Assembly (NCBI GenBank): GCA_034780895.1
Contig: JAUZTB010000107.1
Span: forward strand, 38,465,788 to 38,529,787
DNA: 64,000 nt
DNA from: Rhynchobatus australiae
Taxonomy: Eukaryota
Direction of reading: 5' to 3'
This document shows, piece by piece, positions 13,215 through 26,946 of this stretch. Numbering within the stretch: the stretch's first letter is position 1; every line of letters starts with the position of its first letter. Below the pieces are notes generated by a model, which saw nothing but the letters and a program-made list of their open reading frames with translations, did no database searches and was not told the origin of the DNA. The position numbers and the translations under genes were made by a program.

Positions 13215-14035
13215 AAGGTGTTTGTTGGTGTTTTGGATTGAGACCCGACATCAGGACTGATAGGGGAAAGGAAAGATTGTGAGCATTCAGAGTATGAGGG
13301 AGGGGCATGGCAGAGGTTGGTAGGTGATGTTGAACCAGATAAGGGGAGTAGGGGAGTGATGGGCAGATGGGAAAGGTCAACAAAGAAAGAAGAAACCTTG
13401 GTAGACGAGTGAGTGTGTGTGGGAAAAGAACAAAGAAGATGTGGGTGACCTGAAATTGGAAAATTCAATGTTCATACCATTGGGTTGTTAGCTACACAAG
13501 CAAAATACAAAGTGTTGTCCTTCCAATTTGCATTTGGCCTCAACCAGGAAAAGGCCGAGAACAGACAAGTCAGGGTGAGAAGAGGAGTTGAAAATGACAT
13601 GCGACCCAAAGCTTCACATGGCCATTGCTTAGTCTACACTTGGTTTCTCCAGTGTGGAGAAGGCCACATCGTGAGCACCAAACGCAGTAGACCAGAATGA
13701 AAGAGCTGCAGGTCAATCGCTGCCTAGCCTGGAATGGCTGTTTAGGTCCCCAGATGGCGGTGAGGGAGGAGGTGAAGGGAAATGTGTTTCCATCAAGGTT
13801 TCTTCAGCTTTTATTCACCTTCCCCATCCCCACCCCGTCCCATCCATCACCTACTGTCCCACCCCGTCCTACCTTGTACTTCTCTATACTGGCAATCTTT
13901 CCTCTTCAGTCTCAGTCCTGATGCTGGGTATCAATCCGAAGTGGCAACATATACCTGTTGCCTCCACAGAGGCTGCTTGACTCTCTGAGGTCTTACAGTG
14001 GTTTAATTTTTGTTCCAGATACCAGCAGTCTCTTT
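13215..14035. mobile_element. Penelope-like element relic with inverted terminal (pseudo-LTR-like) segments
   Basis: Minus-strand PNGMNIEFSNF C-terminal motif near 13450-13485, a purine-rich tract, and oppositely oriented cagtcctgatg...caatcc motifs at 13224-13260 and 13912-13950. Confidence 0.7.
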
Positions 14036-14354
14036 TGCTATCGGGTTTTTGGTCAAGTTTGATTCTGTAGATCAGCTCAATGTTCTTTGTCTGGATTGGG
14101 AAAGAGCACTCCATACATCGGCACAGCCTCACTGGTGGATTTTGTAGGGTCAGCTGAGCTAGATATGCTTTTATTGTGCCCTTATTTAATACCACCTTGA
14201 TAACAGGGAAACAGAGTCTTTTATTTCTTTTATTCCTTTCTGGTGGCCTGATAAGTAACTTCAGAGATCAATTGAGAGGCAGCCACGCTAATATGGATCT
14301 GGAAACCCCTATAGGCCAGACCAGGCATTGATGGAAGCATTAGCCCCCAATTGT

Positions 14355-14359
<5 letters not shown>

Positions 14360-14393
<34 letters not shown>
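14360..14393. repeat. (TA)n microsatellite
   Basis: Seen directly. Confidence 0.95.
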
Positions 14394-14398
<5 letters not shown>

Positions 14399-14738
14399 AA
14401 CACACATATTTGATATCTCTATGACTNNNNNNNNNNNNNNNNNNNNNNNNNNNNNNNNNNNNNNNNNNNNNNNNNNNNNNNNNNNNNNNNNNNNNNNNNN
14501 NNNNNNNNNNNNNNNNNNNNNNNNNNNNNNNNNNNNNNNNNNNNNNNNNNNNNNNNNNNNNNNNNNNNNNNNNNNNNNNNNNNNNNNNNNNNNNNNNNNN
14601 NNNNNNNNNNNNNNNNNNNNNNNNNNNNNNNNNNNNNNNNNNNNNNNNNNNNNNNNNNNNNNNNNNNNNNNNNNNNNNNNNNNNNNNNNNNNNNNNNNNN
14701 NNNNNNNNNNNNNNNNNNNNNNNNNNNNNNNNNNNNNN

Positions 14739-14877
14739 AAATTAACCTACCCGTACATCTTTGGAATGTGGGAGGAAACCGGAGCACCCAGAGGAAACCC
14801 ACGCAGACACGGGAATCGAACCCGGGTCGCTGGTGCTATAATAGCATCGTGCTAACCACTACGCTACCATGCCGCCC
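14739..14877 (-). mobile_element. V-SINE 5' portion with intact Pol III A and B boxes
   Basis: Minus strand gggcggcatggtagcgtagtggttagc...gggttcgattcccgtgtctgcgtgggtttcctctgggtgctccggtttcctcccacat. Confidence 0.85.
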
Positions 14878-15309
14878 ACACATCATTCTATGAAAGAGGT
14901 GAGAAACAATGTGACACAATCACAGAGGAACAGCACCATCATCTTGGCTTTTTTGTTAGATCACCACACCCCTGGAAGATGCAGTGAAGGTCTATTTAGA
15001 GCCTTGGATTTTCTGGGTGCTATACTGAAAGAGATTTAAGCCTTTAGCCACCTGGCATTGCCTGTCAGGAAAATATTAAGGCTGCCTTGAAGTCTGAAGC
15101 AGTTTTCTCATCCCAATTACCGACAACCTTGAGGAGTGTTCGATCTTTGCAGTAACTATCTCTGCAGCATGAATTTCCCCTAACCAGGTGTCAGCAGCTG
15201 TCAGGTGTCAGGTTTGGGGAACCCTGGCATCCAACTACAGTGATGTCCCGAAGCAAATTTAGAAGCCAAACAGATTGAGGAATTCTCATTAGTAATTTTA
15301 AACTAACAG

Positions 15310-15662
15310 GTACTGAAAGGCCTGGATAGAGTGGACGTGGGGAGGATATTTCCATTAGTAGGAGAGTCTAGGATTTGAGGGCACAGCCTCAAAGGTGCCT
15401 CTTTAAAACTGAGATGATGAGATGAGGAGGAATTTCGGCCAGAGAGTGGTGAATCTGTTGCCACAGAAGGCTGCAGAGGTCAAGTCATTGGGTGTATTCA
15501 AGGCAGAGATCGATAGGTTCTTGATTGGTAAGTGGTTAGGGGTTATGGGGAGAAAGTAGGAGAATGGGGTTAAAAAAATTCAGCCACGATTGAATGGCGG
15601 AGCAGTTTCGATGGGCTGAATGGCCTAAATCTGCTCCTCTATCTAATTGTCTCATGGTCTAT
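15310..15662 (+). mobile_element. CR1-like LINE 3' fragment
   Basis: gagagtggtgaatctg, ttcaaggcagagatcgatagg and a gatgggctgaatggcctaaatctgctcct tail. Confidence 0.8.
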
Positions 15663-16019
15663 AATCAGATAGAAATTGGGACATACACTTGAAATTGAAG
15701 AGGTTAAGAGCTCAATTAACTATGTGCAAAATTTTTTCAATTTTTGTTTAAAACAGAAGTTTATAAATCATTGACTTTTACATAAATTCATTGGTTCTGC
15801 TGGTTGCAGGGGAAAAGCCTACAACAGCATGCCTGTCAAGGAGTAAGAATCACTGACTGCAACTTCTAGATTTCTGCATGGTCTGGATTCCAGCAGTTGT
15901 TGTCTGACTTCCTCCATTCTAAAGTTGAGAGGTGATAGCCTCGCCTTTGTATTCATTCCATATTCTGGACTATGATATCCCAGGCAATCACAAAAATGGG
16001 CAGAAAACCTCAGAAAGAG

Positions 16020-18115
16020 GAACCATAGGAACATAACAACTAGGAGCAAAAGTGGACCACTTGACTCTTCAAGGATGCCCTGCTGTTCAGTGTGATCATG
16101 GATATTCTTCCCCAGGCCTCAACACCTCGTGTCAGTTCCTCAATTCCCTGATCATTCAAAAAATGATCTCCTTCCTCTTGAGATACCACCAATGATTGAA
16201 CCTCCACAACCCTTCAGGGTATAGAATTCTAGAGATTCTCAACCCTCTGCAAGAAGTTCCTGCACACCTCAGTTCTAAATGACCACCTCCTCATCTTGTA
16301 ACTATGGCCATTTGGTTGAGATCCTACAAGTCATGGACTCATCTCGACATCTAATCTGTCACACCTCTCAGGATCCGACATGTTTCAAAAAGGTTTCCTT
16401 CTAAACTTCAAAAAATATGGATCTAATTTCTTTAGCTGCTCATGATCGGGCTACCCTCTTATCCCAGGAATTAGTCGAGTGAATCTGTTTTGGACTGCCT
16501 CCAATGCCAGTATATTCTTTCCTAAATAAAGAGACCAAAACTCTGCACAGTACTCCAACGGAGGCCTCACCAGCACCCTGTACAATTGTAACAATGATTT
16601 CTTATTTCTGAACTCTAATCCTCTTGCAGTAAAGGCCAGTATGCATTTGCCTTCTTAACCACCTGCTGCACTTGTCTGCTAACCTTTTGGCGATTCTGCA
16701 CAACACTCAAATCCCTCTGAACTTAACTCATATACTCTCTTTCTGGATAATTATTTGCATTTAGATTTCACTTATTGAAGAGGATGAACTCACACTTTCC
16801 CACATTAAACTCATTTGCCCATTTTCACTCACTCAGCCTATCTCTGTCTCACTGCAGAGTCCAATATCCTCTCTGCCACAAACCTCTCACTTATTTCTGT
16901 GTTAAGGGCAAACGTGCTTACCTTACACTCTACTTCATCCTCCATTAAAAATGACTGAAGACCCAAGAATTGTTCCTTGAGGCGCTCCACCAGTTACATC
17001 CTTCCAGCCTGAAAATGACATATTTATTTCAATTCTCTGTCATGTGTACAATTACTAATCTTCAGTCCATGCTGACAGACTTCTCATAATACCATAAGTT
17101 CTCATCTTGGGGCACTTTATCAAATGCCTTTGTTATATCCAAATACATACATTGACAGGTTCCCCTCTATTGACTCTGCTTGTTACATCTTTGAAGGACC
17201 CTAGCAATTTTTTCAAACATGATTCATCTTTCATGAAACCATGTTGACTTGGTTTGATTACATTCAGCTTCTGTTAATGACCACCTATTTCTTCCTTGAT
17301 TATAGACTTCAACATCTTGCTGACAAGAGATGTTATTCTAACAGACCCATTTTTTAATTTTCTTCCTTCTTGAACAATGGGAGCCACATTTGTGGTTTTC
17401 CAATCCGTTGGTACCTTCCTGGAATTCGGTGAGTTTTGATAATTCTCAAGTAATTTTTCCACTCTCTCTTCAGCCACTTCCTTTAAAACCCTTGGGTGCA
17501 GACTGTCGGGACCTAGCAACTTGTCTGTCTTTAGTCCCATTAGTTTTTCGAATGCCTCATCCCTTGTGACAGCAATTGTTTCAAGTTCTTCCATAGTATT
17601 TGAAACTATCCCTTCAGAAATCTTTGGGCTGTTTGCAGTGCCTCCACCGTGAAGATTGATGCAAAATATTGTATTTAACTTTCCTGCCACTTCCTTGTTT
17701 CCCATTATTAATTCCCCAAGCCTTGCTCTCTAAGGGGTCCCACACTAACTCTAACTACCCTTTTCCTTTGTTTATATCCAAATTACTGCTGTTTTGATAT
17801 TACTTGTCAGTTGTCTCTCATAATTCATTTTCTCCCTCATTTCATTTTTTAAGAATCTCACTACTGATTTTTGTAAAATTCTCAGTCCTCTGATCTACCA
17901 CCAGCCTTTGCCATTTTATATGCTCTAGTCTTCGATTTAATATTTTTCTTGACCTCCTTTGATAACTACCCAATTCTTCCTAATTCAAATGACTTGCTGC
18001 TGAACACGATGAACCAGCTGTTTAAATATCTGCCACTGCCAATCCACTGACATATCCCTTAGCCAACTTATCTGATCTACTCCAGACAATTCTACCTTCA
18101 GACCATTGCAACTGC
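16020..18115 (-). mobile_element. Degraded CR1-like LINE ORF2 (RT region) with 3' tail
   Basis: ORF 17274-17705: KLMGLKTDKLLGPDSLHPRVLKEVAEE...DWKTTNVAPI; frameshifts and stops elsewhere. Confidence 0.88.
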
Positions 18116-21100
18116 TCTTATTTAAGTTGAACACATTGGTTACAGAGCTTCGATGAATGTAGATTTTTAAATGAGTCTATTAATATAAAAAGCATACAAA
18201 GAAACCTATTCATGTCTTCCATTAATATCCACACATCTGCACTTGCAACCACTGCTGCAGGATATTGAACTCTAAGTGTTAAACCCTTCACTAACCTCAC
18301 TGAACAATAAGCGGGTGTTTGGGGTTGTTATAGTCCAGACCTTCTCTGAATAAATGCTTCTGTCTTCTGCTCAAAGTAAACACAGTCTGTTCCTTAAAAT
18401 GCCACAAACATTAGATTTAGTGTGCCCAGGATTAACACCTGCCTGTAATTATGCTGCAGACCGGCAGAGACGAGGTGGCAGGTTTACAGTGTTCTCCCAA
18501 CTCTTCTCAAAGGCCAAGACCACGTGCACTAAAGCAAAGCACAGTAAGGTACTTAAAACCTATGAAAGTGAGAATCAGTTCACAAGAGGTTAAAACTAGC
18601 CTTCCTTGAAACTTCTTGCAGTGTTTAATGAAAGACAAGAGTTCTGAATGAAACAATGTTTCACTAACCTTCCTTGATCTTGGGATATGAATACACTTGA
18701 ATACATGAAACATTGAAAGTGGAAGGTCAAATTGATTAATTATATATATCTTTTTAAACAAAAGATATACACAGCCAAAGCTAGATCATTGGTTAGGCTA
18801 CAATTAGATTATTTGGCTGCTTTTGGCGGTAACATTGTTACGAGAAGATAAACTAGAGAAAAAGATATACATATTTTCAAATACCACAGCCANNNNNNNN
18901 NNNNNNNNNNNNNNNNNNNNNNNNNNNNNNNNNNNNNNNNNNNNNNNNNNNNNNNNNNNNNNNNNNNNNNNNNNNNNNNNNNNNNNNNNNNNNNNNNNNN
19001 NNNNNNNNNNNNNNNNNNNNNNNNNNNNNNNNNNNNNNNNNNNNNNNNNNNNNNNNNNNNNNNNNNNNNNNNNNNNNNNNNNNNNNNNNNNNNNNNNNNN
19101 NNNNNNNNNNNNNNNNNNNNNNNNNNNNNNNNNNNNNNNNNNNNNNNNNNNNNNNNNNNNNNNNGTAATGAATGATCCTATAACAAAGGCTCCCAACAGA
19201 AACCTCCTGTCTCTTCAATAATCTATATAGTATTTAATGAATGAAACAAGATAATGGTGCATCACTATATTCTAGCTGCAAAATAAATTTCTGCTGTGCC
19301 ATTTGCGTTTCTGAAAGGTCACAGTTCTGTTGATAGCTCTTCTGATGCCACATTAATGAAATTTTATCTGCTCCATAATTTCAACAGCACCAGAATTCAG
19401 CACTATCACTTATTAGTCACAGATGCTAAATCTTGTGCTTAATATAAAACAGCACAATACTTGCTGCAAAGGCCGGTATTTTTCAGGGTTTAACAACAAA
19501 ACATCATCCCACACAGAATGCAAAATATATTTAACCTGAGCGCAAGGGAGAAAGAAAGTAGATTGCTAAAATCTGCTTTTGCTAATAAACAAGATAAAAC
19601 TCAAACATGTCCCACTTTTGAATGTTAACATTTAAAGAATGAACAGGGAATTCATTGCAATAACAAAAAATATGCTGGATAATGGAACTCAGTATTTTCT
19701 CAGTTTAATTTGGAAAATAGCTTTAGAAAATGAATTCAAGTGTTGACATTCTAGTGTCAGCTGGTGGGTCAGAATTTTTAATGTGAAATGTCAAGACTCA
19801 TTCCAAAGAAGATGCCAGAAGCTTTTTGATTTCAGATGTGTTTGGACTTCCAACAAACACCCCATCCAAATAACTGTGACAGCTGCCAAGGCTTGCATAA
19901 ACATAAAAATATCGATGGCGCATTTTGTTCTTGTGTGATAGCACAAAAATTCAAATTCTAGGGACATCTTTCACTCAATTTCTTTAAAGTTAACATTGCA
20001 GGTTGCCTGCTTAACTGATTTTAGCAACTAGATCAACATTACAGTTTTATTTCAGTTAAAAGTATTAGTCACTATATTTACCACTAGATTGTTTTGAATA
20101 CAAGACAGCACATGACCTTCTGATCTATCAAGCCCAGTCTAGTCAGTTCAGCACATACACAATTAAGCACTCCACTAACCCTGTCCCCCTGCCCCCACTG
20201 TCCTGCAATCTCCTCAGGGAGGTCAAGAGAAAGAACCTTGACACCTTTGCAACCACAAAGAAATAAATTAGCAGCAATTTCTCTCTTCATATATTAGTTT
20301 CATGGTATTTGAAATCCCCTCTGAAGATAAGAGTGAATTCACAGCAAATATGGTAAAAAAATAAAACCACCTTGGTTGTTATAATGATCCTTCAAATTAT
20401 AATTTACATAAATAAATGGCTTCATGGGGAAATTATATAAACAAGTTTCTCAATCAAAATGTCAATTGTAGTTAAAGTTTCTGAAAAAGGAAGTACTTTA
20501 TAAATCGAAAATCAAAAAATGTTTTATCACATTATATATGAATTGTCAATTTAAACTGATAGATGTGCCCTCTATTTGATCTTTAAAGCAATTGCACCAC
20601 TGCAGGCCACTTGTGTTTCTCCATTCAATGAAACATTAAGCAAGAATAATACACAGAATGGAAGGAAGCAACTAGTTTTGGGGCTGTCTTATTTTCAATG
20701 AACTAATGAATATATTCATGGAGCCATAATATTATTTTTCACTGTGGAAAAGAAACTGCAATAGCTGCTGGGTATATTCAAGGCCAGATTGACAAATTTA
20801 GTAACTTTAGATTCCCTGAATTAGATAAATCTAGTTCACCCTTTTGGAGAAGATGCCGTCAGTGAGCTTTTCTGGTAAAAGCCATAAAAATGTCTCTTTC
20901 ACAGAAAAAGGGTGCACGTCAACTAGAAAGTTTGCTTTTTTTTTAAAGAGAATGATAGAGGGGTGGATTTTTGCATTGTTGAATCATTAGTTCTGATTTA
21001 TGATCTCTGATATGCGTGGCAGAAATTCACATTAGCATGCTTTAAAATATATGTTGGTTACTTATGTGTAACATGATAGAATTCTTTACTGTTCGTGACA

Positions 21101-23624
21101 TATAAATGTGATTTAAGCATGTAAAATAAGAATCAATTCTTTGGGACCATGGTTCTGCATCAAGAAATCACTGACAAACAGAATTTATGAAATGTCTGCT
21201 GTTGCCCTCTCACACTTATCATGCATTTTGTGAACCAAGTCCTCTATTTAGTATGCAAAGACTGTTTGAAGTGTGTAACCAGCATCCTGAAGTTCCCACT
21301 GGGCATGAATTCAAGAACCTATTTTTTACAAGAAAGGCCACAGCACTATTTAAAATTGAAAACAAAAGGATGATTTCAACTTTTTTTTTGAAAAACTCGA
21401 TTTTGCACACGTATAGTCAAAATATTTTCAGATATTTGCCAAGGCAGAAAATACAGCAACCTTTAAAGTGAATACAAGTTAACAGAAACCCTGTCACCAT
21501 TTTTAACCTATATGAGAGGAGAATTATACGTCACAGGATCACCAGTGACCAAACAGCTACAACCTTTGTTAAGTACATCCTGACAAATGCTGGATTCAAT
21601 TTAGATTTATTTGCAAAACAGTAAGACATACATTCATTTTTCCATGACAACATACTGGGACTGAGACAAAGGGCATTTCTTTGACAGCATCACTTAGCAA
21701 CAAGTCAATTATATCCTACTGTGCGATTCTTTTGGGGAAACTGCATGAAATGTACACAAAACTTAAACATGGCCCCCTTTCAACAATTTGATGAAGTATC
21801 TTGCACCATTGATCTGTATCTCAATAGAAGAGATTTATGGCATTAAATAAACATTAGGACAACAGTTTAAAACTGACAAAATGTACACAATCACAAGAAT
21901 AGTATAGTTACATTCAAACTTCAAAATTTGTTATATTGTTTTCCCAAAGTCCTCATTTTAGATTTACAGGCTTCAGTCTATTGTCTAAAAAGAGTAAACC
22001 ACCTTCTCAACTACTAACTTGGACTGAATCAGATTGGTGTCAGAATTCTCTTCCATCCTAAATTAAGCCTAAAACTCTAACACCATCTGTCATAAAATAC
22101 TTATGTGAACCTTTGCAACGTGATACATCTTTCCCTTTAACCCGCCTCTTCCATAAATTCTCAATGAACTACCCAAATCCTACCCCAAGCTCATAATATG
22201 TGCATTTTATTTGACAATTTTCGTGAGACTAAAAAAGCTGACACTTGACACAAAGACAATTAATTCCTGAACATACATTCAATTGGGTAGGAGTAAAACC
22301 AGGCAAGAGCAGTCCCAGTGTGATGAAGAATCCCTTGTTCAACAATGTCAAATCCAATAAAGGACAAAGAAGGATTCTACAACATAGCCATAAGGGACAT
22401 CACTTGCAATCACGTGCACTCTCAGTGCCATAAGTAGGCCAGATGTCAATGAAAATTTCAACAGAACTTTTGAGAGAGAAAGACACAGAACTGCATAGTG
22501 ATGAAGTTAGCCTCAATGTGACAAATTACCTTGCTCTATTAATACAGCACAAATTTAAAGGAAAGAAACATAATGATAAATAAAAATTTAGTCTGAATAT
22601 ATAGATTATATTTGTGGTTCATTGTATGTTTAAATATTGTTATGCTTCCAATAATAATAAAGATACAAGTGATCCTTAAATTGTATTCTTTTGCCCAAAT
22701 TATTTCAGCTTGACTTAATGGCCCTCAAGAGCTTTCATGAATGGTTATACAGCAGCAAAAGAGTACAAAAATACCAGCTGTATTTCTTTATAATTACATC
22801 CATGTAGTATAGATCTAGATTTTAAATTTCTACCATGGAATTAAATTTTAAATTATGTAAATATGAACAGCTNNNNNNNNNNNNNNNNNNNNNNNNNNNN
22901 NNNNNNNNNNNNNNNNNNNNNNNNNNNNNNNNNNNNNNNNNNNNNNNNNNNNNNNNNNNNNNNNNNNNNNNNAACATTAGGACAGGGAAATGCGTCTAAT
23001 TCAAAAGTTTTGAACATTTTATTGAATGAAAATTGACATGAATATTGTATTGTTTTGCAATTTGATACTTACATTAGTAATATGATGCAACCTTTAAAGT
23101 TAGCAGACAAAATTTATCAAAGGATAAGCCCTGTGAGGAAAACTATTTAAAATATAAAATATGCATGCCCATTTAATTTTATTTGAAAAGCAACAATGAA
23201 AATAGTTTTCCACAATTTTCTGGCTCTCACAAATTCTTGCTGAATTTTGCTGGACACAGCCCTACATCCATTGACAAACCATAGATAACTCACCATCCAT
23301 GAGCCCGGGAAGTGAATATTCAAAAGCTATTCAACAACATCAAGACTGAATCTGATCCTACTCTCAGCCACGCTTGCACTTTCCTATGTACTCCTTTTAT
23401 GGCAAGATTAGATGTTCTGTGGAGAAAGTAACCTACAGGTACATCAATATATACCAAAAATATAAAATGTGGCGGAATGCATTCTTTTGGAAAACCAATT
23501 TTTTTATTTTAATCTGCTGAACATACAGAGGGCTAAATTTGCATCTGGACAGTTTTGTAATAAATTTCAGTTAATTTCACAGCTAAATCTTTCTTGAGTT
23601 ACAAATTCCCATGAAATTTTGGAG

Positions 23625-24065
23625 ACATGAGAGACAGCAGATGCTGGAATCTGGGGCAAAACAAACAAACTGTTGGAGAAACTCATTGCAAGAAACATCT
23701 CTGAAGGCAAGGGGATAATCAACATTTTGGGTTGTGATCCTGCATCAGGACTGAAAATGTAGAGGGAAGATAGTCAGTGCAAAAAAGGTGAGGAGGGGTG
23801 AGACAGGGGCGGTATGTGATAGGTGGAACCAGGCGAGATGGGGGAGTGGGAGGTGGAGTTTAGAGACAGTGGCTGTTGAGTGATTGGTGAAAAGATATGA
23901 GAGAGAGGAAGGAAAGGGGCAGATGGAGGCAGGTGTGGGGGGGGGTGCAGAAGGGGGAGGTGGTAAGTGGAACCAGATAAAATTGGGATGATGGACAGAT
24001 GGAAACAGATGGGAGAGTGGATTGGAGGGTAAGACCAGGAGAGAAGAAACCCAGGTGGATAGTTG
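23625..24065 (-). mobile_element. Penelope-like terminal repeat fragment
   Basis: gcagatgctggaatctgg head, gatcctgcatcaggactga motif and a long G/A-rich tract like the one at 13260-13450. Confidence 0.65.
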
Positions 24066-25009
24066 TGTGCAGATTCCCCCCCCCTCCCCCACCTTTGCTT
24101 TCTCTGTTTCCACTTNNNNNNNNNNNNNNNNNNNNNNNNNNNNNNNNNNNNNNNNNNNNNNNNNNNNNNNNNNNNNNNNNNNNNNNNNNNNNNNNNNNNN
24201 NNNNNNNNNNNNNNNNNNNNNNNNNNNNNNNNNNNNNNNNNNNNNNNNNNNNNNNNNNNNNNNNNNNNNNNNNNNNNNNNNNNNNNNNNNNNNNNNNNNN
24301 NNNNNNNNNNNNNNNNNNNNNNNNNNNNNNNNNNNNNNNNNNNNNNNNNNNNNNNNNNNNNNNNNGTTGCACGAATTACATTCACCAGTACCTAAACAAA
24401 AATATAGGTCCTCCCCAGCTGATGAACTCCTGACCTATGTACAGCCTGTACATAGAAACAAGCATTTGGAAAACTGGCGGGATGGATTTGCCAGCTGCTA
24501 TGGGGTGGCAGGCATCTTCAGCCGTGTGGAATTAGGCTCATGGCTGCTTTTCCGACTTGCAAACTGTTTGGGTTACGGACAGCTCACAGGAACAGAACCC
24601 TGCCGTAACTTGTGGAGGACCTGTACAAGATCCAGATTGATAAACCTTGCACCTTCAGCTGCATTATTGTTTCAGCTAACAAAGGACGTGAGGCATTTTA
24701 CCAAACAAAACTTGAGGTAAATAGTCTGACAACCTTTTTAATTTTCTTTTTCACTCAGACGCAGACTTGACTTGCTGTCGGGCCTTTTTTCCCTCTGATG
24801 TCCTGATATCAACTGCAAAAGGTTCTGAAAGCTGCTCAGTGTAAGGTAACAATGACATTTTATTTTTCACATTTTTATATATAGATAGCCATGCTGCAGG
24901 CAGAAACTCATCAGGAATGGAATCATAAATGGAACCTGCACATTGCATTTGTACATTATTAATCCAGCTTGCTGGATCACCAAATAATTACCAGTATGCT
25001 TGATTTTAT

Positions 25010-26045
25010 TTTATTCATCCACAAATATGGCCATTACTGGCAAGGTCAGTATTATTACCCATCACCATTTGTCCTTATGAAGTTGAAGATGCACTGCCTT
25101 CTTGAACCACAGCAGTGTGATAGAAGTACTCCCATGGTGTTGCTGGGTAACAACAACAACCAAACAACAATGATTTATTTCCAGGTTCAAGTGGTGTAGG
25201 ATGTTCTGGGAGGGATGCTGTAGTACAAGAGGGGAGTGGACACCATGAAGCAGCTGAGGTTCCTATGCATTAGATGATGTTCCCTTCTGGATGACAATGG
25301 CTGCAGATTTTGGAAGTACTACTGAAGGAGCTTTGGTGTGTTGTTGCAGTTCATCTTATGGACTGTGCACATTCTAGTGACCTTGCACCTGTGATAGGAA
25401 GTAAATGACTGAAGCTGATACACAGGGTGCCGATCAAATTGGCTTCTGTGTGCTGGAAGGTACTGAGCTTCCTGAATATCGTTGGATTTGATTTCATCTG
25501 GTGGTGAACATTCCATCACAGTTTTGATTCATGTTTTGAAAGCCAGTTGTCAAATCATTCACTATGGAATACCCTGCCTGTATGGCCAAGATAGTTGTGC
25601 AGAGAGGTTAATTAACTGGCTGATCAACAGAGACCACAAGTTGCATCTGGTGGGAGATTTGTCACTGGATTACAAGTGAATGTCGAGTGGAGATGATTGG
25701 ATTCTCTTCTACAGGAGAGGCTTATTGGCTGGTACTTGGGTGTCAAGCCTCCTATCAGCCCACACCTGGCTTTTCCCTAGCTCTTGCAGCATTTAGGCAC
25801 AGGCAGCTTCAAATGAACCAAACATCAGCATAACCTCTTTCACCATTTTGATTTCAGGTTGATCACAGAAAAAGCATCCAAAGATGATTGGGCTTTGGGT
25901 ACTTCCCTGAGGAAGTCCAGCTTCAATGTGTTGGGGCAAGGATGTCTCCAACAACCTTCCTTCAGGTTAGGTATGATCCCAGCGATTTGAGTGCTTTCTC
26001 TGCAATGCCCATTAATTTCAGCTTTACCAGGCCAAGTCACTGAAC
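25010..26045 (-). mobile_element. Old LINE 3' fragment (CR1/L2 group), same family as 30650-30935 and 32065-32430
   Basis: Collinear similarity by eye with the other copy; degraded. Confidence 0.6.
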
Positions 26046-26744
26046 ATACCTGATGTGGATAGATTTCTAAACACAAAACGGATTGGGGGTATGGGGAGTG
26101 AACGGGAATATGGTACGCGATAGGGGATCAGCCATGATTATACTGAATGGCAGAACAGGTTCAAAGGGCCAAATGGCCAAGATTTTCCCCAGACATTGAT
26201 CCTCTCAACACCTGCCACAAACTGCAATTGGCAGCCATCTTCTTCAGAACTTGACCACTCAGTCAGCATTGGTGCTATCGAGTGAACTTTAAAAACTGTC
26301 AATGCTGGAAATCTGAAATTAAAATAAAATTTGAAATACNNNNNNNNNNNNNNNNNNNNNNNNNNNNNNNNNNNNNNNNNNNNNNNNNNNNNNNNNNNNN
26401 NNNNNNNNNNNNNNNNNNNNNNNNNNNNNNNNNNNNNNNNNNNNNNNNNNNNNNNNNNNNNNNNNNNNNNNNNNNNNNNNNNNNNNNNNNNNNNNNNNNN
26501 NNNNNNNNNNNNNNNNNNNNNNNNNNNNNNNNNNNNNNNNNNNNNNNNNNNNNNNNNNNNNNNNNNNNNNNNNNNNNNNNNNNNNNNNNNNNNNNNNNNN
26601 NNNNNNNNNNNNNNNNNNNNNNGAGGCTATAACTATTATTACAAGTCTTAAGTAATCCAACTTGGGCAAGGCAGTTCATATACATCCTTGCAACAAAGCA
26701 CGAGGCCACTTAACCCATCCTTCCTGTGCCAGCTGAGCAATCCC

Positions 26745-26946
26745 ATTCCCCAAATTATGTCCTTGCACATGCCCACTAGGACAAATTTACAGTCGCCAAT
26801 TAACCCAACAACTAGCACATCTTTGGGACATGGGAAGACATCAAGCATGCAGGGAAGCCGCAAAATCACACACAAATGCCTTGCACAAAGTACCAGTGTT
26901 GCTGGAGCTCTGAGACAGCTGCACTGCATGGTGCCACTGCGCTGCC
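26745..26946 (-). mobile_element. V-SINE fragment
   Basis: tttacagtcgccaattaacccaacaactagcacatctttgggacatggg...gtgccactgcgctgccc. Confidence 0.7.

Noticed and set aside
14812-14877. tRNA-like sequence with A and B boxes
   Set aside because: It continues into a V-SINE body and lacks a 3' acceptor stem, so it is a SINE head rather than a tRNA gene.
15819-16049. 76-aa minus-strand ORF with a hydrophobic start
   Set aside because: The N-terminus derives from a CR1 tail, the start is non-ATG and I recognise no homology.
21486-21620. 135-nt open, phase-symmetric candidate exon (NPVTIFNLYERRIIRHR...FAK)
   Set aside because: The acceptor has no pyrimidine tract, there are no partner exons and the peptide is unrecognised; consistent with chance.
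23820-24035. G-rich tract with G-quadruplex potential and Pro/Ser-rich antisense ORFs
   Set aside because: It is the purine-rich segment of a Penelope-like repeat and is not locus-specific.
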